DNA of 63,287 nucleotides, counting the filler, from Octopus bimaculoides (Eukaryota): assembly GCF_001194135.2 (NCBI RefSeq). It is 6 parts of 5 records of this genome, joined end to end, with 100 filler letters (N's around TTAATTAATTAA, not from the genome) between each part and the next. Parts side by side here need not be neighbours in the genome. Positions count along the whole stretch, not along the records: positions 1 to 26,188 come from NC_068991.1; 5 more parts are not named here. One strand, given 5' to 3'. Position 1 is the stretch's first letter. Each line of letters starts with the position of its first letter. The translations under genes were made by a program, and so were the position numbers. Positions 1 through 13,464 of the stretch are shown here, piece by piece. The notes beneath the pieces are model-generated. The model made no database searches. It worked only from the letters and a program-made list of their open reading frames with translations, and was not told the origin of the DNA.

Positions 1-40
<40 letters not shown>

Positions 41-42
<2 letters not shown>

Positions 43-250
43 TGTGTGTGTCTTTGCGTCTGTGCTTGTCTCCTACCACCGCTGAACCACCGGTGCTCAC
101 GTTACTGTAAATCAGCGGTTCGGCAAAAAGGGGACCGTTAGAACAAGTACCAGACTTTTAGAAAATAAGCACTAGGTCGATTTATTCGATTAGATGTTCT
201 TCAAAGTGGTACCCCAGCATGGCTGCAATCTAATGACTGAAACAGATAAA
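41..250 (+). mobile_element. SINE family S1/2, 3' half (after internal (TG)n)
   Basis: Motifs cagcggttcggcaaaa...agaacaagtacca...ggtcgattt...ccccagcatggctgca...atgactgaaaca recur at 2640, 3860, 21005 and 48847. Confidence 0.75.
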
Positions 251-446
251 ACATAATAATTTTATATATACATACATATACACGCAACACACACATACAT
301 ACATACTAATCCGTTCATACATGCGCGCACACACACATACACGTATACACGCACACGTATTCATATATTGAGAGACGGAAGAAACTACGTTTTATAGTTA
401 AGATGTACACTTGCGCATCCACATATGCACGTGTGAGTGTGTGTGT

Positions 447-478
<32 letters not shown>

Positions 479-736
479 ACAACCACTATAGTTTGTATTC
501 CTTCCCTGGGCAAGTATTACGTGTCACAAAACAGCATCAGTAGTAAAAGTGTTGAATGCTTATATAAATAAGAAGGAAAATAGCAAACACGTTCGCTGCT
601 GCTTTATCAGTGTTTGTGATGTTGTTTGTGCTGTTGTTATTCTATATCTCCTTACACAGCACACTCATGGCCAAAGATATTCCAACATTATCCACTCATG
701 CCGTATATTTTCTCTCAGGCAATTGTTTATCTAGGA

Positions 737-960
737 CAGTGGTTCCTAAAGTGGGCGTTACTGCACCTCTGGGGGCGGTGGAAAGACTCAGGTTGAGGGG
801 GCGATGAAGAAAAGTGAGGTGATAATGGGGCCTCCAAAAGGGGACAATGGATGTAACAACAACAACAACAACAACAATAAAATAATAGGTTTATTAGGTT
901 AAGTTTTATTTGTGAAATACAGTTTTGAATTTGTTTCAGAAAGTGGTCTATGTTTGAGGT
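737..960 (+). mobile_element. hAT/Charlie-like MITE fragment
   Basis: Starts cagtggttcctaaagtgggc, a hAT-Charlie-type TIR; other end lost near the gap. Confidence 0.5.
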
Positions 961-1494
961 GGTAAGTGCGGCGGTGGTGGTGGGGGGGGGACACTAGGAN
1001 NNNNNNNNNNNNNNNNNNNNNNNNNNNNNNNNNNNNNNNNNNNNNNNNNNNNNNNNNNNNNNNNNNNNNNNNNNNNNNNNNNNNNNNNNNNNNNNNNNNN
1101 NNNNNNNNNNNNNNNNNNNNNNNNNNNNNNNNNNNNNNNNNNNNNNNNNNNNNNNNNNNNNNNNNNNNNNNNNNNNNNNNNNNNNNNNNNNNNNNNNNNN
1201 NNNNNNNNNNNNNNNNNNNNNNNNNNNNNNNNNNNNNNNNNNNNNNNNNNNNNNNNNNNNNNNNNNNNNNNNNNNNNNNNNNNNNNNNNNNNNNNNNNNN
1301 NNNNNNNNNNNNNNNNNNNNNNNNNNNNNNNNNNNNNNNNNNNNNNNNNNNNNNNNNNNNNNNNNNNNNNNNNNNNNNNNNNNNNNNNNNNNNNNNNNNN
1401 NNNNNNNNNNNNNNNNNNNNNNNNNNNNNNNNNNNNNNNNNNNNNNNNNNNNNNNNNNNNNNNNNNNNNNNNNNNNNNNNNNNNNNNNNNNTTT

Positions 1495-1735
1495 ACTCTT
1501 TCACCACAACTTTCTCTCACTCTTTCTTCCTGTTTCTGTTGTACTTGTAATTCAAAGGGTCATCCTTGTCACACTGTGTCACGCTGAATATCCCCGAGAA
1601 CAACGTTAAGGGTATACGTGTCTGTAGAGTGCTCAGCGACTTGCACGTTAATTTCACGAGCAGGCTGTTCCGTTGATTGGATCAACTGGAACCCTCGACG
1701 TCGTAAGCGACAGAGTGCCAACAACAACTAGTCAT
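1495..1735 (-). mobile_element. Interspersed SINE/RTE-type repeat fragment
   Basis: ttcacgagcaggctgttccgttgattggatcaactggaaccctcgacgtcgt, recalled as a common cephalopod repeat; no second copy in the window. Confidence 0.4.
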
Positions 1736-2639
1736 CGCAAATCAACTAGGTCTATGATTAAAGGCATTGCATTCGTGTCCATCCTACCATTTAAAAAAAA
1801 ATATTTACATTTTAAAGAAGAGAGATGGGGTAAGATTTTTACGTACGTTTTACTGCTATTTCTCGCTTGCTGTATAGAGTTGCCTTGCTGGCGTGAGATG
1901 AGGATAACGATGATAGTAAAGAGGAGGATTAAGTATTACTGAGGCAGTTTAATCCCAGATCAACTCTGATCGACCAGATCTAGAATCAAAAGCTTTCTAG
2001 TCAAAACCACTGTTCTTTTTTTGTAGGCATAATGCATCTAAGACTGCATTATCCAGTGTGCCTTTTCTTTCAAACCATCGTTGTTTTTTTGTTGTTTTAG
2101 TTTTGTTAAATGTGGATCCATATTGCCCGATTTGTTGTTTCTTTTCTAAAATAATAAACTGTGCTTTGAGCAAGAGTTTGCTGCCTTTTCTAGCAGGATT
2201 AGCAACCTCGCAATGTATTCTTCATTGGCTCTGTATATATATANNNNNNNNNNNNNNNNNNNNNNNNNNNNNNNNNNNNNNNNNNNNNNNNNNNNNNNNN
2301 NNNNNNNNNNNNNNNNNNNNNNNNNNNNNNNNNNNNNGTGGTGAAGGTGGTGGTGGTGGTGGTGGTGGTGGTGGTTGTGGTGGTTGTGGTGGTAGTAATG
2401 CTGCTGGTGATGTTGATTTCTGATAATGATGATGCTAACAATGATAGATATGACATCTACTGGAGACAAGGTAGGTCTAGTGCTAATTTGATGGTGCTTA
2501 TTGAGGTAGAAACATGTATCCACAGCTGTCCCCTTTTCTACAGACAATAAGACTGCCTTTTCGTTAATGGAATGTCGACTTTGGAGAATTCTTGATTCAT
2601 GAGATTATTTCCGCTTCTCATTTGGTGTCGGTTCCAGTA

Positions 2640-2795
2640 ACCAGGCGATGATTTTACTTTCTGTACATTCCCGTAACTTAGCAGTTGGACAAAAGAGATT
2701 AATAGAATAAATATTAGGCTTTAAAATGCAAGTAAATAGTGGGGTCGATTAGTTTAGCTAAAATTCTTTAAGGTGGTGCCCCAGCATGGCCGTGA
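2640..2795 (+). mobile_element. SINE S1/2 3' half, degraded
   Basis: cccgtaacttagcagtt...ggggtcgatt...ggtgccccagcatggccg matches other copies. Confidence 0.65.
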
Positions 2796-2944
2796 CGCAG
2801 GAGATAATTTTAATAAAACAAGAATTCTTTTTCTACTGTATTTAATATGACTTTATAAGTTTTCGATGGTCAAATTCATGCCACTCTTACTTCATTTTCA
2901 TACGTGGGACAAGCCCGTTGTAGTTCAGGCTTTCACCGCTAGAA

Positions 2945-3826
2945 GTCACTTGATGCAACCTTCAGGCATTAGTCTGAGATATCGTGAGATGTCGTACTGG
3001 AGCTCCTGCCAACGAATTTTTAGTGAGGAATTGCGAATGAAATGAGTTGCAGCAAAATTTGTGCCTCACTTGGTCACAGAAAATCAAAAGCAGTCACGAG
3101 TGAATTCATGTCGTGAACTGAAAGAACAGTTGGAAGTTGACCTGGACCTTTTTTCGAAAGTAATCTCTGGTGACGAAAGCTGGTCCAACGGCTACGATCC
3201 GGAAACAAAGTAGCAATCAAGTCAATGGAAGCATTCGATGTCACTACACCCTACAAAAGCGCGTGAAGTGAAATCCAATGTCAAGACGATGCTGATTTGT
3301 TTCATCGATGCGAAAGGAATTCTCCACACAGACTTTGTTCCTCTTGGTCAAACTGTTAACCAGACATTTTACTTGACAGTTCTGAAGCGTTTGCAAGACG
3401 CGGTGAGACGAAAACGTCCCGGCCTATGGCAAAATGGATAGTGGTGGTTTTATCACGACAAAGCACCTAGCACACTGCCTTGATTGTGAGACGGTCTTTG
3501 GCCAAAATGGCATGACCACGCTTAGTCACCTTCGCTATTCACTCGATCTTGGTTCCTGCGACTTTTTTTTGTTTCCCTGAAAGAAAAAAAAATCCTTAAA
3601 GGAAAACGTTTTGCAGATGTGGAAGAGACGAAGAAAAAAACGGTGGTGGCGTTAAAAGGCATCACTTCGCAAGAGTCCCAGGATGCTTCGAACAGTGGAA
3701 AACAGGTCTGGACCAATGCATTGCATCAAATGGAGAATATATTTTGAAGGCGATAAAAGTTTAAACGTAAAACTGAGTGAATGGAACAATATTGCAAAAT
3801 TCCGGTTTCTTTTGGGTACCCTGTCG
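2945..3826 (+). mobile_element. mariner (DD34D) transposon, 5'-truncated and degraded
   Basis: Translates with stops/frameshifts to VAAKFVPHL, KVISGDESW..GYDPETK, KSNVKTMLICF.DAKGILH..FVP.GQTVNQTFYL.VLKRL.DAVRRKRP, LKGKRFADVEE, EYFEGD*; ends ccggtttcttttgggtaccctgtcg (3' TIR-like). Confidence 0.9.
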
Positions 3827-3859
3827 TGCGTGTGTGCGTGTGTGTGTGTGTGTGTGTAT

Positions 3860-4257
3860 TCTTTTATTCTTTTAGTTGTTTCAGTCCTTTTTTGGCTGGG
3901 GCCATGCTGGAGCACCGCGTTTAGTCGAACAAATCGACCCCAGGACTTCTTCTAGTACTTATTCTATCGGTATTTTCCGAACCACTAAGTCTCGGGGACG
4001 TAAACACACCAACATCTGCTGTCAAGCGATGAGGGGAAAGACAAACATAAACATACAAATACATACATACATAAATATACGTCATATATTTACGACAGGC
4101 TTCTTTCAGTTTCCGTCAACCAAATCCACTCACAAAGCTCTGGTCGGCCGGAGGCTATAGTAGAAGACACTTGCCCAAGGTGCCACGCAGTGGAACTGAA
4201 CCCCAAACCATGTGGTTGGGAAGCTAGCTTCTTACCATACAGCCACGCCTGCGCTTA
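3860..4257 (-). mobile_element. Near full-length tRNA-headed SINE S1/2 with internal microsatellite
   Basis: Minus strand: head gcaggcgtggctgtatggtaagaagc...ggttcagttccactgcgtggcaccttgggcaagtg, internal (TG/TA)-rich tract at ~4060-4090, then the shared 3' half. Confidence 0.8.
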
Positions 4258-4296
4258 TACATATATAAAAGAAAAAATAGGCATTCATATACTTAC

Positions 4297-4342
4297 CAAT
4301 AATGTAGCCTGTATGGAAGCAAAAGGCGACTGCTCTCTATCA
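4297..4342 (-). CDS. Candidate internal exon, unknown gene
   Basis: Acceptor ttttctcatttcag, donor TTG|gtaagtat; 46 nt; open frames (M)IESSRLLLPYRLHY or DREQSPFASIQATLL; no homology recognised. Confidence 0.35.
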
Positions 4343-4891
4343 CTGAAATGAGAAAATGTCACATTCGGTTTGTGGCTGCTGATATGGCACCTCCAATGAC
4401 AGAGAACAGACGCCATTTTCTCCATACAAATAACTCTGAGGAGCACGGTTACTAGTTAGTCTCTTAGTGTCTAATACCTTGTGCGAAACCGATTGGTAAG
4501 ATCGGGTGTCACGAATGTATGTAGTATATATATAGTGCATGCATACACATAAACACACACATGGGGATACCAGCAGACATAAACTAGTACAAGTGAATAG
4601 AAGAATGAATACTTGACTGTATAGATGAATGAGTGTAACAGTGAAAAGAAAAAAATCAAATATTCTGTTTCACTTTCAGCTGTCTTCCTATCAGTTTTCC
4701 TTTCTACAGCGGCCGACCAGTATTTTGTACTCTTACTATTTTAGGTCCAGTGTTTCTCTAAGATCTTAAGGACTTGCTATCCCTTTGTCTCTGACGTGTT
4801 CTTGACCGAAACAAGACGATTTATGATCGACTCACTGTTTTCATATAATACACGTACATATACACATATAAATATGAATCAAGAATTATGT

Positions 4892-4953
<62 letters not shown>

Positions 4954-5010
4954 NNNNNNNNNNGGCAGTTGGAAACCATAATAATTTCAGTACCTAAGGT
5001 ACACGTCTAC

Positions 5011-5081
<71 letters not shown>

Positions 5082-5121
5082 CGTAGCTGCCTATCAAACA
5101 TTTTCTGTTCCCTCTGCATAC

Positions 5122-5192
5122 TTTCTGTAAACAGACGAAATCGTAGAACGTAACACCAGACATAGAACGTGTGCATCTCAATAACTGAATAG
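5122..5192 (-). CDS. Candidate internal exon, unknown gene
   Basis: Acceptor (ct)n-atctctcgtattcag, donor AAA|gtatgc; 71 nt; YSVIEMHTFYVWCYVLRFRLFTE, phase-compatible with 4297-4342. Confidence 0.3.
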
Positions 5193-5200
5193 CTGAATAC

Positions 5201-5249
<49 letters not shown>

Positions 5250-5538
5250 TGTGTGCGTGTGTGTGAGTCTACGTGTGAGCGCGCGCGCATACACGTATAT
5301 CCCTCTCTGGATGTGTATGTGTGTTTGTGTGTGTACATCACTCAGACAGTCCCAGATTTTAATCTGACAGCTATGAGATATTTCTCTTCAGTTCTGACAT
5401 TGGAGGATTAATGGCGGTAGTATGTAACCTCTATATGTGCTGAAGACACACACACACACACGAATTTTGTGTGTATGAACACTTCTGTCTTTATATATTC
5501 GTGTATATATGTTTGTATATATACACATGTGTATATAC

Positions 5539-5592
<54 letters not shown>

Positions 5593-5840
5593 ATTATATC
5601 TGTCTGCATACAAATTCTATGTAACAATAATAATCTATAAACTATTAAAATATAGATGCACATCATGGATGGCTACATGTATATATATACATGTTTCATA
5701 TGCATATAAAACATATATGTATACAGGAACGAAAACAGCTTGCAAATATCTGATCAACAAAAGCGATAATGATGTCTCCGTGCCTCTTAACGTTGATAGA
5801 AAATATCAATGCCGTAATAGTTGTGGAAGATAACACTCAC

Positions 5841-5898
5841 TTCATCTGCAGCTGCCCCCAGAATATCATCATTGTGTTATCTTGCCATGAAACATCAC
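5841..5898 (-). CDS. Candidate exon with weak acceptor
   Basis: Strong donor GAA|gtgagt; DVSWQDNTMMIFWGQLQM, phase-compatible with 5122-5192; acceptor is purine-rich. Confidence 0.2.
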
Positions 5899-6743
5899 CT
5901 TCTTACCAAACCTATTGGTAATGCCGAATATATATATATATATATATATATATGTTTTCTGTGCGTGCGTGTGTGTTTGTGTGTATGTGTATGTTGTGTG
6001 TATGTGCGTTGCTGTGTACGTGTGTGTGCGTGCGCTTGCTATTGTATATGCGTGTGTTGTTTACGCCCATGTGTTTGTGATTGTATGCGTATATATATAT
6101 NNNNNNNNNNNNNNNNNNNNNNNNNNNNNNNNNNNNNNNNNNNNNNNNNNNNNNNNNNNNNNNNNNNNNNNNNNNNNNNNNNNNNNNNNNNNNNNNNNNN
6201 NNNNNNNNNNNNNNNNNNNNNNNNNNNNNNNNNNNNNNNNNNNNNNNNNNNNNNNNNNNNNNNNNNNNNNNNNNNNNNNNNNNNNNNNNNNNNNNNNNNN
6301 NNNNNNNNNNNNNNNNNNNNNNNNNNNNNNNNNNNNNNNNNNNNNNNNNNNNNNNNNNNNNNNNNNNNNNNNNNNNNNNNNNNNNNNNNNNNNNNNNNNN
6401 NNNNNNNNNNNNNNNNNNNNNNNNNNNNNNNNNNNNNNNNNNNNNNNNNNNNNNNNNNNNNNNNNNNNNNNNNNNNNNNNNNNNNNNNNNNNNNNNNNNN
6501 NNNNNNNNNNNNNNNNNNNNNNNNNNNNNNNNNNNNNNNNNNNNNNNNNNNNNNNNNNNNNNNNNNNNNNNNNNNNNNNNNNNNNNNNNNNNNNNNNNNN
6601 NNNNNNNNNNNNNNNNNNNNNNNNNNNNNNNNNNNNNNNNNNNNNNNNNNNNNNNNNNNNNNNNNNNNNNNNNNNNNNNNNNNNNNNNNNNNNNNNNNNN
6701 NNNNNNNNNNNNNNNNNNNNNNNNNNNNNNNNNNNNNNNNNNN

Positions 6744-6783
<40 letters not shown>

Positions 6784-6789
6784 GCATGG

Positions 6790-7150
6790 GTAAAATATAT
6801 CACAAACAGTAAACAACATGAAATACGAAAACAAATGAGTTCAATACGCAAACAACGAGAGAAACAAAGGGAAAACAGGACAAGTAACATAAAGAACGAC
6901 CCTTCATCAGTCGTCGGCTGTCTATCTACTCCTCATTTCGAGCATTCAACGACAATATGAGTCTTCGAAGGCAGTTGCTCCCACAAATACCAGAACAAAA
7001 TTTGAGATTTATGGAGGGTGAAAGTTGGGAACTAAACAGGATAGTGGAGACATACAAGGAAACTGAACGGAAACAAACATGGAGGGTCTTTAGACTAGAA
7101 CGAGGGTAAAATAGCGAACCCTGGAGGAATATTTTCTTTGGCAAGAGAAA
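6790..7150. repeat. Unclassified interspersed repeat, possibly a retroelement terminus
   Basis: Complex sequence next to a gap; minus strand has ctgatgaagg and gctcgaaa motifs like the Penelope tails but no clean fold. Confidence 0.3.
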
Positions 7151-7304
7151 AGATAGAAAAGATAGATAGATAGGATAGTCCAGCCTCTAGGATAGTCCTG
7201 AAAGAAAAGAAAGATGATCACATGGGGAAAAGAAAGATGGACGATGGTCACATTTGAGCAACGGGAAAGAGAGAGAGAGAGTATTTTGGGGGGTTTTTTG
7301 CTTT

Positions 7305-7430
7305 GTTTTGCTGAGCCTGGTCTTTGTTGCCGAACCACTTATTTACGTTGACGTAAACGCACCTACACCGGATGTCAAGCGGAAGTGAGGGACAAACAAA
7401 GATAGAAAGACATAAACACACACACACACA
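7305..7430 (-). mobile_element. SINE S1/2 fragment
   Basis: ttgccgaaccac...gacgtaaac...gtcaagcg...gggacaaac matches the 3990-4050 copy. Confidence 0.65.
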
Positions 7431-7842
7431 TATCTGTCCAGTAGGGAGCATATACCCCACGGAAACCAGGAAACCAGCCCTATGAGTGTGTATGACTCTT
7501 GAAGGAATTTCACTGGTAGTTGTAATCAGTTTAATTTACTATCTTTTAATTTTTTAATAATATAAATTTTAGTCCATAGATCTAGTGACCTAGATTTCTA
7601 GATGTTATCCGTCGTCAGTGTGAGACAACCACAAGCTAGTGACCTAGCTTCACACATGGACATGCTCTTTCCTTATCAGTTACCGCCCCCAAAAAATCAT
7701 TACAATTTCACGCCTTTAACGATAATATTTTTCATTTTTGGTGACGTCAGCAATGAAAAACTACTGGGAATTAAGAACGAACGTTGAGAACAGTGACGGA
7801 AACGAACGACACAGTTGTATGTATGTATGTATGTATGTATGT

Positions 7843-7882
<40 letters not shown>

Positions 7883-8135
7883 ATGTGTGTGTGTATGTAT
7901 GTATGTATGTATGTATGTATGTATGTGTGTGTGTGTGTGTGTGTGCGTGTGTGTATGTATGTATGTATGTATGTATGTATGTAGGTTAAAATCTTTGTTT
8001 GAAGCAGATGAAATAGTGTAAGCATTATCAATATGATATACTTAATGGATGAGTGTTATTAAACGCTGTGAAGCTGCAGTAATTCGGCCGGCGCGCCCCC
8101 TTTGAGGACGTATAGTGTTTAAACATTAACAACTA

Positions 8136-8188
<53 letters not shown>

Positions 8189-8701
8189 ATATGGGCATGT
8201 ATGTATGTCTGTCGTTATTTAGTTTTATTTTAAAATTCCATGCCAATAGAGAAAGAGCCGGTTTCTAACCTAGATCCAAGGTTCCTTCACTGGAATTTCA
8301 ACATCAACAGGGTATTTTTGTATGTATATATGTACGTATATACGTATGTATGGATGTTTGTATATATGTATGCATGTATGTATGTATGTATGTATGTATG
8401 CATGCATGTATGTATACTTAAATGATAAGCTTCTAATGCCTCAGAATAACCAGTAATTTCATCTCCCCCCCCAGGACGTTTTGAAATGATCTAGCATCAA
8501 GGAAACAGAGTTGTTGTATTATTTGGTTGAGTTATGATGTTGTTCCTTAGTGGAGGCATGAGTGAATACTGGTTTTTATATTTTTATCTTATGTATATTT
8601 ACAAATTTGTTAGATTTGTTTTAGAGTAAATATGTATATGTTTTGTCGACTTCGTGTAAATATTTATACATGTTTCTATAAGTGTGTGTTTGTGTTTGTA
8701 T

Positions 8702-8747
<46 letters not shown>

Positions 8748-8824
8748 CAGAGAGAGACAGAGAGAGACAGAGAGAGACAGACAGACAGGGACAGAGACAG
8801 GCAGACAGACAGACAGACAGATAG

Positions 8825-8950
8825 AATTTGTGTTTTGTGTACATGTACTTTTGTGTGCAGAATTTGTGTTTTTGTGTGCATGTGTTTTTGTGTGCATGTG
8901 TTTTTGTGTGCAGAATTTGTGTTTTTGTGTGCATGTGTTTTTGTGCCCAT
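8825..8950. repeat. Minisatellite, ~16-20 bp unit (atgtgtttttgtgtgc / agaatttgtg)
   Basis: Directly visible tandem units. Confidence 0.75.
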
Positions 8951-9059
8951 CTTAAAATTAATTTCTGTTTCATTATCTGTAGCTGGTAGATTTCAAATCT
9001 CTAAGTTAATATGGACAAAACACAAAGAATTTAGGAGTCACATGTGTGTATGTATGTGT

Positions 9060-9097
<38 letters not shown>

Positions 9098-9427
9098 TGT
9101 ATATGTGCGTGTATGTGTGTGTATGACCATGTGTGTTGTGAAGTCGGAATGGTTGTGCGCATGCGCGTTTGAATGTACCTAGTTTTCGTTGGACTTCAGT
9201 AGGGGATGGCTAATTTGGGATAATGGAATTTTGTAGATAATTGAAACTAAATATAATTTTCTTTACTCGTGACGTCAAGTAACAGATGCTCGTTGTGAAA
9301 TCTTAAAATAGAATTTAAATCTCAGAGTTCGTATTAGATGGACAATGGACGGAGTTTGGAAAGGATGAATGAGTGTGTGTATATGTGTGCATACCGTGTG
9401 TATACGTGTGTGTTGTGTTGTGTGATG

Positions 9428-9476
<49 letters not shown>

Positions 9477-10439
9477 AGTGTGAGTGTGCGCACCGTGTTT
9501 GAAGGTGTGTGGATTGCGTTGGGATTGGCAGCGTTGATTAATTTGGGGGAAAAGAATTTAAGGAATAACTGAAATTTAAGTCGATAAATATTATTATTTT
9601 TTTCTTTGCTAGTGAAGTCAATTAATGGCAACTTGCTGCAGAATCTAAAACTAGATGAGTTTAGATCTCATTGTTGGTAAAGGAAGGAGTGTATAAGAGT
9701 GGCAGGAAGGAGGAAACAAAAATGATATAAAGACATGATAAAAAGAAACCAATGTTCCCAACGCCTTTGAACCTACTATTACTTTGTATGTTAAGAACAC
9801 CACAGAGCTCGCTTAGAAAGATGTAAGTGATCGTCAGACACTGGTATTTCGGCTTGAATTAGCCTCTTCAGTGGTGAACAACCGCGATCATTCTGAGCGA
9901 AGTCGGAACATTTATTCCAGTAATGAATTCAACAAACAAAATATTCACTGATTTATGTGGAAGCTGACCAGACGGAAATGAAATCGGTATACGCAAATGA
10001 AACAGCATCAAATCAAAACAACGATGGAAATAACATTTATAATGTATTATATTTTTCATTTTAAAATATAATTGTTTAACTTTGCATGCAAAATACGCCA
10101 GTAATATTTTTTATTTGATATTCGGTTTGCCTATAATTTGTATTTTATCTCAAATTATTTTATTTCCATTGGGCTACGAAGTGAAGAATATTGAAAAATC
10201 ACTGCAGTACGTGCGAGAAATAACACCCAGATCTCCTTCAAGTTAATTCCTACACTCTTACAAATGAATATATGACACACTGGATGACGTATTTCTAGGT
10301 ATATTATGCTTTAAAGAAAAGATAGAACGCCTTTGATCCTAATTTTGCTTGATTAGAGTCGATCTGATCCTAAACAACAACAACAACAACCAATCGTTTT
10401 AAACACACTTCTATGGAATTTCTCTTGACTTACGAGCAA

Positions 10440-11190
10440 AACGTTTAGTAATTTTACTGTAAAATTCTGATTTGCATTATGCAACAATTATTTTTTAATT
10501 GATAAAAGGGATAAACTTTTCAATCTTTCTCTGCCTTGAATAATATTTAATTCTCAATCTCTGCTTCAAAGCAGAGAGACAGCTCTCTACAGATGAAATT
10601 TTTCTGAAACCATTAAAATTAATTCCCTAGTTTTTGCCACTACACTCTAAATGTTTTTTCAAGTCATTCAAGTTTATATAACAGGAATTTTGATTTTTCT
10701 CTTAAGAGACAGTTTCAAACCTTAAAAATCGTTTATATAACCTTGCTATTCAATGAGTTACGTAACACGTATGACAGCTGACATAAATGTCACTGACTTT
10801 ATCAAGCATTACTAAAAGAACTTTGCTTGTTCGATTTCTTTTTAATTACATCATATCATATGACAGATTCTGTGAACTCGTTACGTATTAAATTTGACAT
10901 TCCACGGCAAGACGCAACATTGTCAGAGAAACCTCTTAATTGACCAATATATTTACTTAACACGTCAATGTTCGACATAGTTACCTCTGCTTCTTGAACT
11001 ACTAGCTTCATCATTACTTTTAAATGCTTGCCCACCTATCTTTGCGAAGTGAAATACTGTATCCATATAACGTTGCAGGATGTCTCTGTTGGTTTTAAAA
11101 AGCTATGCATATTATCACAAGCTATCTTTTTTTCTGTCGATTACTCCGTATATTACCAATGCTTGTTGCAGAGAAAGACATTTTTTTTTC
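10440..11190 (-). pseudogene. Degraded hAT (ZMYM1/DUF4371-type) transposase fragment
   Basis: Minus translation NRDILQRYMDTVFHFAKIGGQAFKSNDEASSSRSRGNYVE, then GMSNLIRNEFTESV..VIKKEIEQAKFF and QLSYVLR, following the hAT RGHDES..S.NRGN / FFS..DE / QLS.VLRY order; several stops. Confidence 0.7.
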
Positions 11191-11372
11191 AGATATTACA
11201 GCCTATAAGCAACTTTTTCATAGGTTATGCCTTTTTTTTCATAGTTTATATATATATATTTGACAAATCGCATCCGTATTTCATAATTTTATCATTTAAA
11301 AACATAGGACATACAGAGTTGTATATAATTTGGACCGTAAAATATTCAGAAAGCCATTTATTGTTAGTGCAT

Positions 11373-11438
<66 letters not shown>

Positions 11439-11449
11439 ACACACACACA

Positions 11450-11481
<32 letters not shown>

Positions 11482-11490
11482 CACATACAC

Positions 11491-11521
<31 letters not shown>

Positions 11522-13010
11522 AACACACACACGCAAATACACACACACGAGCACACACGGACATGTATGTGCGTGTGTGCGTTTATGTGTGCATATGTGT
11601 GTGTTTGTAAGTTTCTGTGCATGGATGCACATATATATTAGCATGTATGTACATATATATGTGTTTGTATATATATATATATATATATATATACTGACGA
11701 GTGAAGATTATATATTACTATAATGAACACGAAATCGGCGATCTATAGTTAAGTCTGGTTTTAAAAGGCTAGATTCTTTGAAGGCTGCATTTCCTCGCAT
11801 TCGGTAAAAATGTGTTTATTACGGTAGTTAACGTGAGGCGTTCTTGTATAGTTATACCCTTATATATATNNNNNNNNNNNNNNNNNNNNNNNNNNNNNNN
11901 NNNNNNNNNNNNNNNNNNNNNNNNNNNNNNNNNNNNNNNNNNNNNNNNNNNNNNNNNNNNNNNNNNNNNNNNNNNNNNNNNNNNNNNNNNNNNNNNNNNN
12001 NNNNNNNNNNNNNNNNNNNNNNNNNNNNNNNNNNNNNNNNNNNNNNNNNNNNNNNNNNNNNNNNNNNNNNNNNNNNNNNNNNNNNNNNNNNNNNNNNNNN
12101 NNNNNNNNNNNNNNNNNNNNNNNNNNNNNNNNNNNNNNNNNNNNNNNNNNNNNNNNNNNNNNNNNNNNNNNNNNNNNNNNNNNNNNNNNNNNNNNNNNNN
12201 NNNNNNNNNNNNNNNNNNNNNNNNNNNNNNNNNNNNNNNNNNNNNNNNNNNNNNNNNNNNNNNNNNNNNNNNNNNNNNNNNNNNNNTTAATTGTAGTTGG
12301 GAATCATTTACAGCTGTTTCTGTTTATCAAATCCGAGTAAATTTTCATTTACCTCGTTACATTTAGCAAACATTTTCAGAATTATTTTAGAGGGAAAAGA
12401 AAGGCAAAGAAAAAGAAAAAGAAAAAGAGAAAAGAGTTCGTTAAGTCTTTAGGTTTACATTTTAGTGAGTTGTTGGGTTCCACGTGTTTGTAGTTTCCTT
12501 CATTAGATGCATGAAGCAGTAAGTAGGGACAGTGAGTATTTGACCGGCGGTGTTGGCCGAAGGAGTTATACCTGGTGAGGATATTCGGTGTTGCTATTAG
12601 TAATATATAACACTGTTTGTGACTTCTAGGTTAGTCCCTATGGTTACAAAAGAAGCCCTTGTTAAAAACCAAGGATGCTGTTTAAAGTTATTACGACAGT
12701 GTATACATACCGGCTATGTAAAAGAATAATAAAAAAAAGAGTTGAAGAGTACATAAAAATCATTAAAATCAATAGAAATTATAACGTGTAATGTAAGTCG
12801 GTAATCTAGCTTTAAAGTGAATATATTATGTAGGATTTATGCTCTAATGTACAATGTAGATGTTAATAGATAGTTCGGTTATTCGGGGTATTTAATTTTA
12901 AAATGTGAAGTGAAGTTATGTTCTGTGGTAAGTGGCATGGTTAGGGGAGGTAATAAGACGTTAGGTAGGTCCGCTATATATATATGTGTGTGTGTATCTC
13001 TCTCTCCCCC

Positions 13011-13059
<49 letters not shown>

Positions 13060-13185
13060 TATATATNNNNNNNNNNCCTTACAGCGTGTGGTTTTCCTTA
13101 TAGTGGTATCCCTTTATATAATAATGCATTTTATACACAAAGAAAAAAATTATATACTTTGTATTAATTTTTTCCTTAATATATA

Positions 13186-13290
13186 CAGGGGCTGGACAAA
13201 ATAATGGAAACCCCTAGCATCATAACATCATAATTTTGAAATATCTATAAAACCATCGAAAACTTGTTAGTTTTTATGTTTTTTTATGTT
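13186..13290. mobile_element. Tc1/mariner-type terminal fragment
   Basis: TA followed by cagggctggacaaaataatggaaac-type TIR; no partner TIR seen. Confidence 0.45.
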
Positions 13291-13391
13291 TTCCGGCTGA
13301 TATACACTCCAGCCTTCATCAGGTATCTTGGGGAAATTTCGAACCTGAGCTCTCATTCCTAAGGTATAGGTATTTTTCGATGTTGTTGTTG

Positions 13392-13464
<73 letters not shown>

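Noticed and set aside
570-745. RRK + hydrophobic stretch resembling a type II membrane anchor
   Set aside because: In-frame stop upstream, no Met or good acceptor before the hydrophobic segment, and it runs into a MITE
6895-6950. Type II hammerhead on the minus strand (gctcGAAA...CTGATGAaggg)
   Set aside because: No convincing helix I or III, and helix II relies on G-U pairs
8080-8100. GC-rich ggccggcgcgcc patch
   Set aside because: Too short to assign; no associated structure
12507-12518. Plus-strand micro-exon candidates (also 17604-17623 and ~9816-9842)
   Set aside because: AG/GT pairs at this density are expected by chance in 63 kb; no consistent frame
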